Below are positions 63,763-64,000 of a stretch of 64,000 bases of DNA, in pieces. The stretch is from an uncultured Actinomycetota bacterium (GTDB lineage: Bacteria; Actinomycetota; Actinomycetes; JAHEKZ01): positions 275,358 through 339,357 of the forward strand of contig CAVURN010000005.1 of the NCBI GenBank assembly GCA_963743915.1, given 5' to 3'. Positions within the stretch are counted from its first letter, which is position 1. The number at the start of each line of letters is the position of its first letter. Made by a program: the position numbers and the translations under genes. The notes beneath the pieces were generated by a model, which was given only the letters and a program-made list of their open reading frames with translations, searched no databases and had not been told where the DNA came from.

Positions 63763-64000
63763 AGCGGTGGGATCAGCTGAACAGCAGAGGGCCGCACACC
63801 GGCCACTGGCCAGCCCCTGAACGCTGGTAGAGGACCTGCGCCCGGTACGTCTGTTCCGACGGGCTCGCGTCGACGGGGTTTCCGGTGCCGCCCACGGAGT
63901 ACCAGGTGGAGAGAGCGAACTGGTACAGCCCGTAGTACCCGGCCGGGTTGACCGCGCGTGGGTTGCCGCCCGACTCGCAGCCGGCGAGGGCGGCCCAGTT
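63763..64000 (-). CDS. resuscitation-promoting factor-like (transglycosylase-like domain), C-terminal part; N-terminus beyond window end
   Basis: reverse translation [38 protein letters not shown]...[22 protein letters not shown]; position next to ksgA-ispE as rpfB in M. tuberculosis. Confidence 0.65.

Overview
High-GC (about 70%+) actinobacterial chromosome segment. Mycothiol amidase mca, an ECF sigma factor and Mycobacterium-like synteny blocks point to an actinomycete, possibly Nocardioidaceae-like (weak guess). The window is almost fully coding, dominated by minus-strand housekeeping genes in conserved blocks, plus two tRNAs (Leu-TAA, Gln-TTG). Blocks, in Mycobacterium order: metB-greA-DUF4307-mca; cbs-GDSL hydrolase; mfd-mazG-lipoprotein-eno-ftsB-DUF501-ppx; pth-rplY; prs-glmU-tRNA-Gln; ispE-ksgA-rpf. 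Inserted into this backbone, between mfd and pth-rplY-prs, is an accessory island (about 42.7-55.0 kb). It encodes a 950+ aa secreted beta-propeller/PKD protein, an APH-like kinase, two Stf0-like sulfotransferases, a split Alg14/Alg13-type glycosyltransferase pair, a GT2 glycosyltransferase and two secreted GH26-like hydrolases. This is a candidate sulfated/phosphorylated glycan or exopolysaccharide locus. A third sulfotransferase lies at 4956-5768. Other notable genes: a 9-TM GGDEF-EAL c-di-GMP enzyme, a methyl-accepting chemotaxis protein with an acidic tail, a FIST sensor protein, an orphan GlmL-like protein, and an ECF sigma / DGPF(YciI) / VOC / PPOX cluster whose downstream anti-sigma-like gene is shattered across reading frames. 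Unusual DNA: a 119-bp palindromic element (21-bp perfect inverted-repeat arms plus two 17-bp palindromic boxes) upstream of the dienelactone hydrolase-udgB operon, and tandem palindromic operator-like boxes upstream of a desaturase-TetR operon. At least 18 single-base frameshifts, mostly an extra G/C in a short run, interrupt otherwise recognisable genes; about 14 of them fall in the roughly 5.5 kb of accessory/anti-sigma genes while about 35 kb of core genes are intact. No CRISPR, transposase, integrase or phage genes were found. All calls are from manual translation and motif recognition; no database searches were run.
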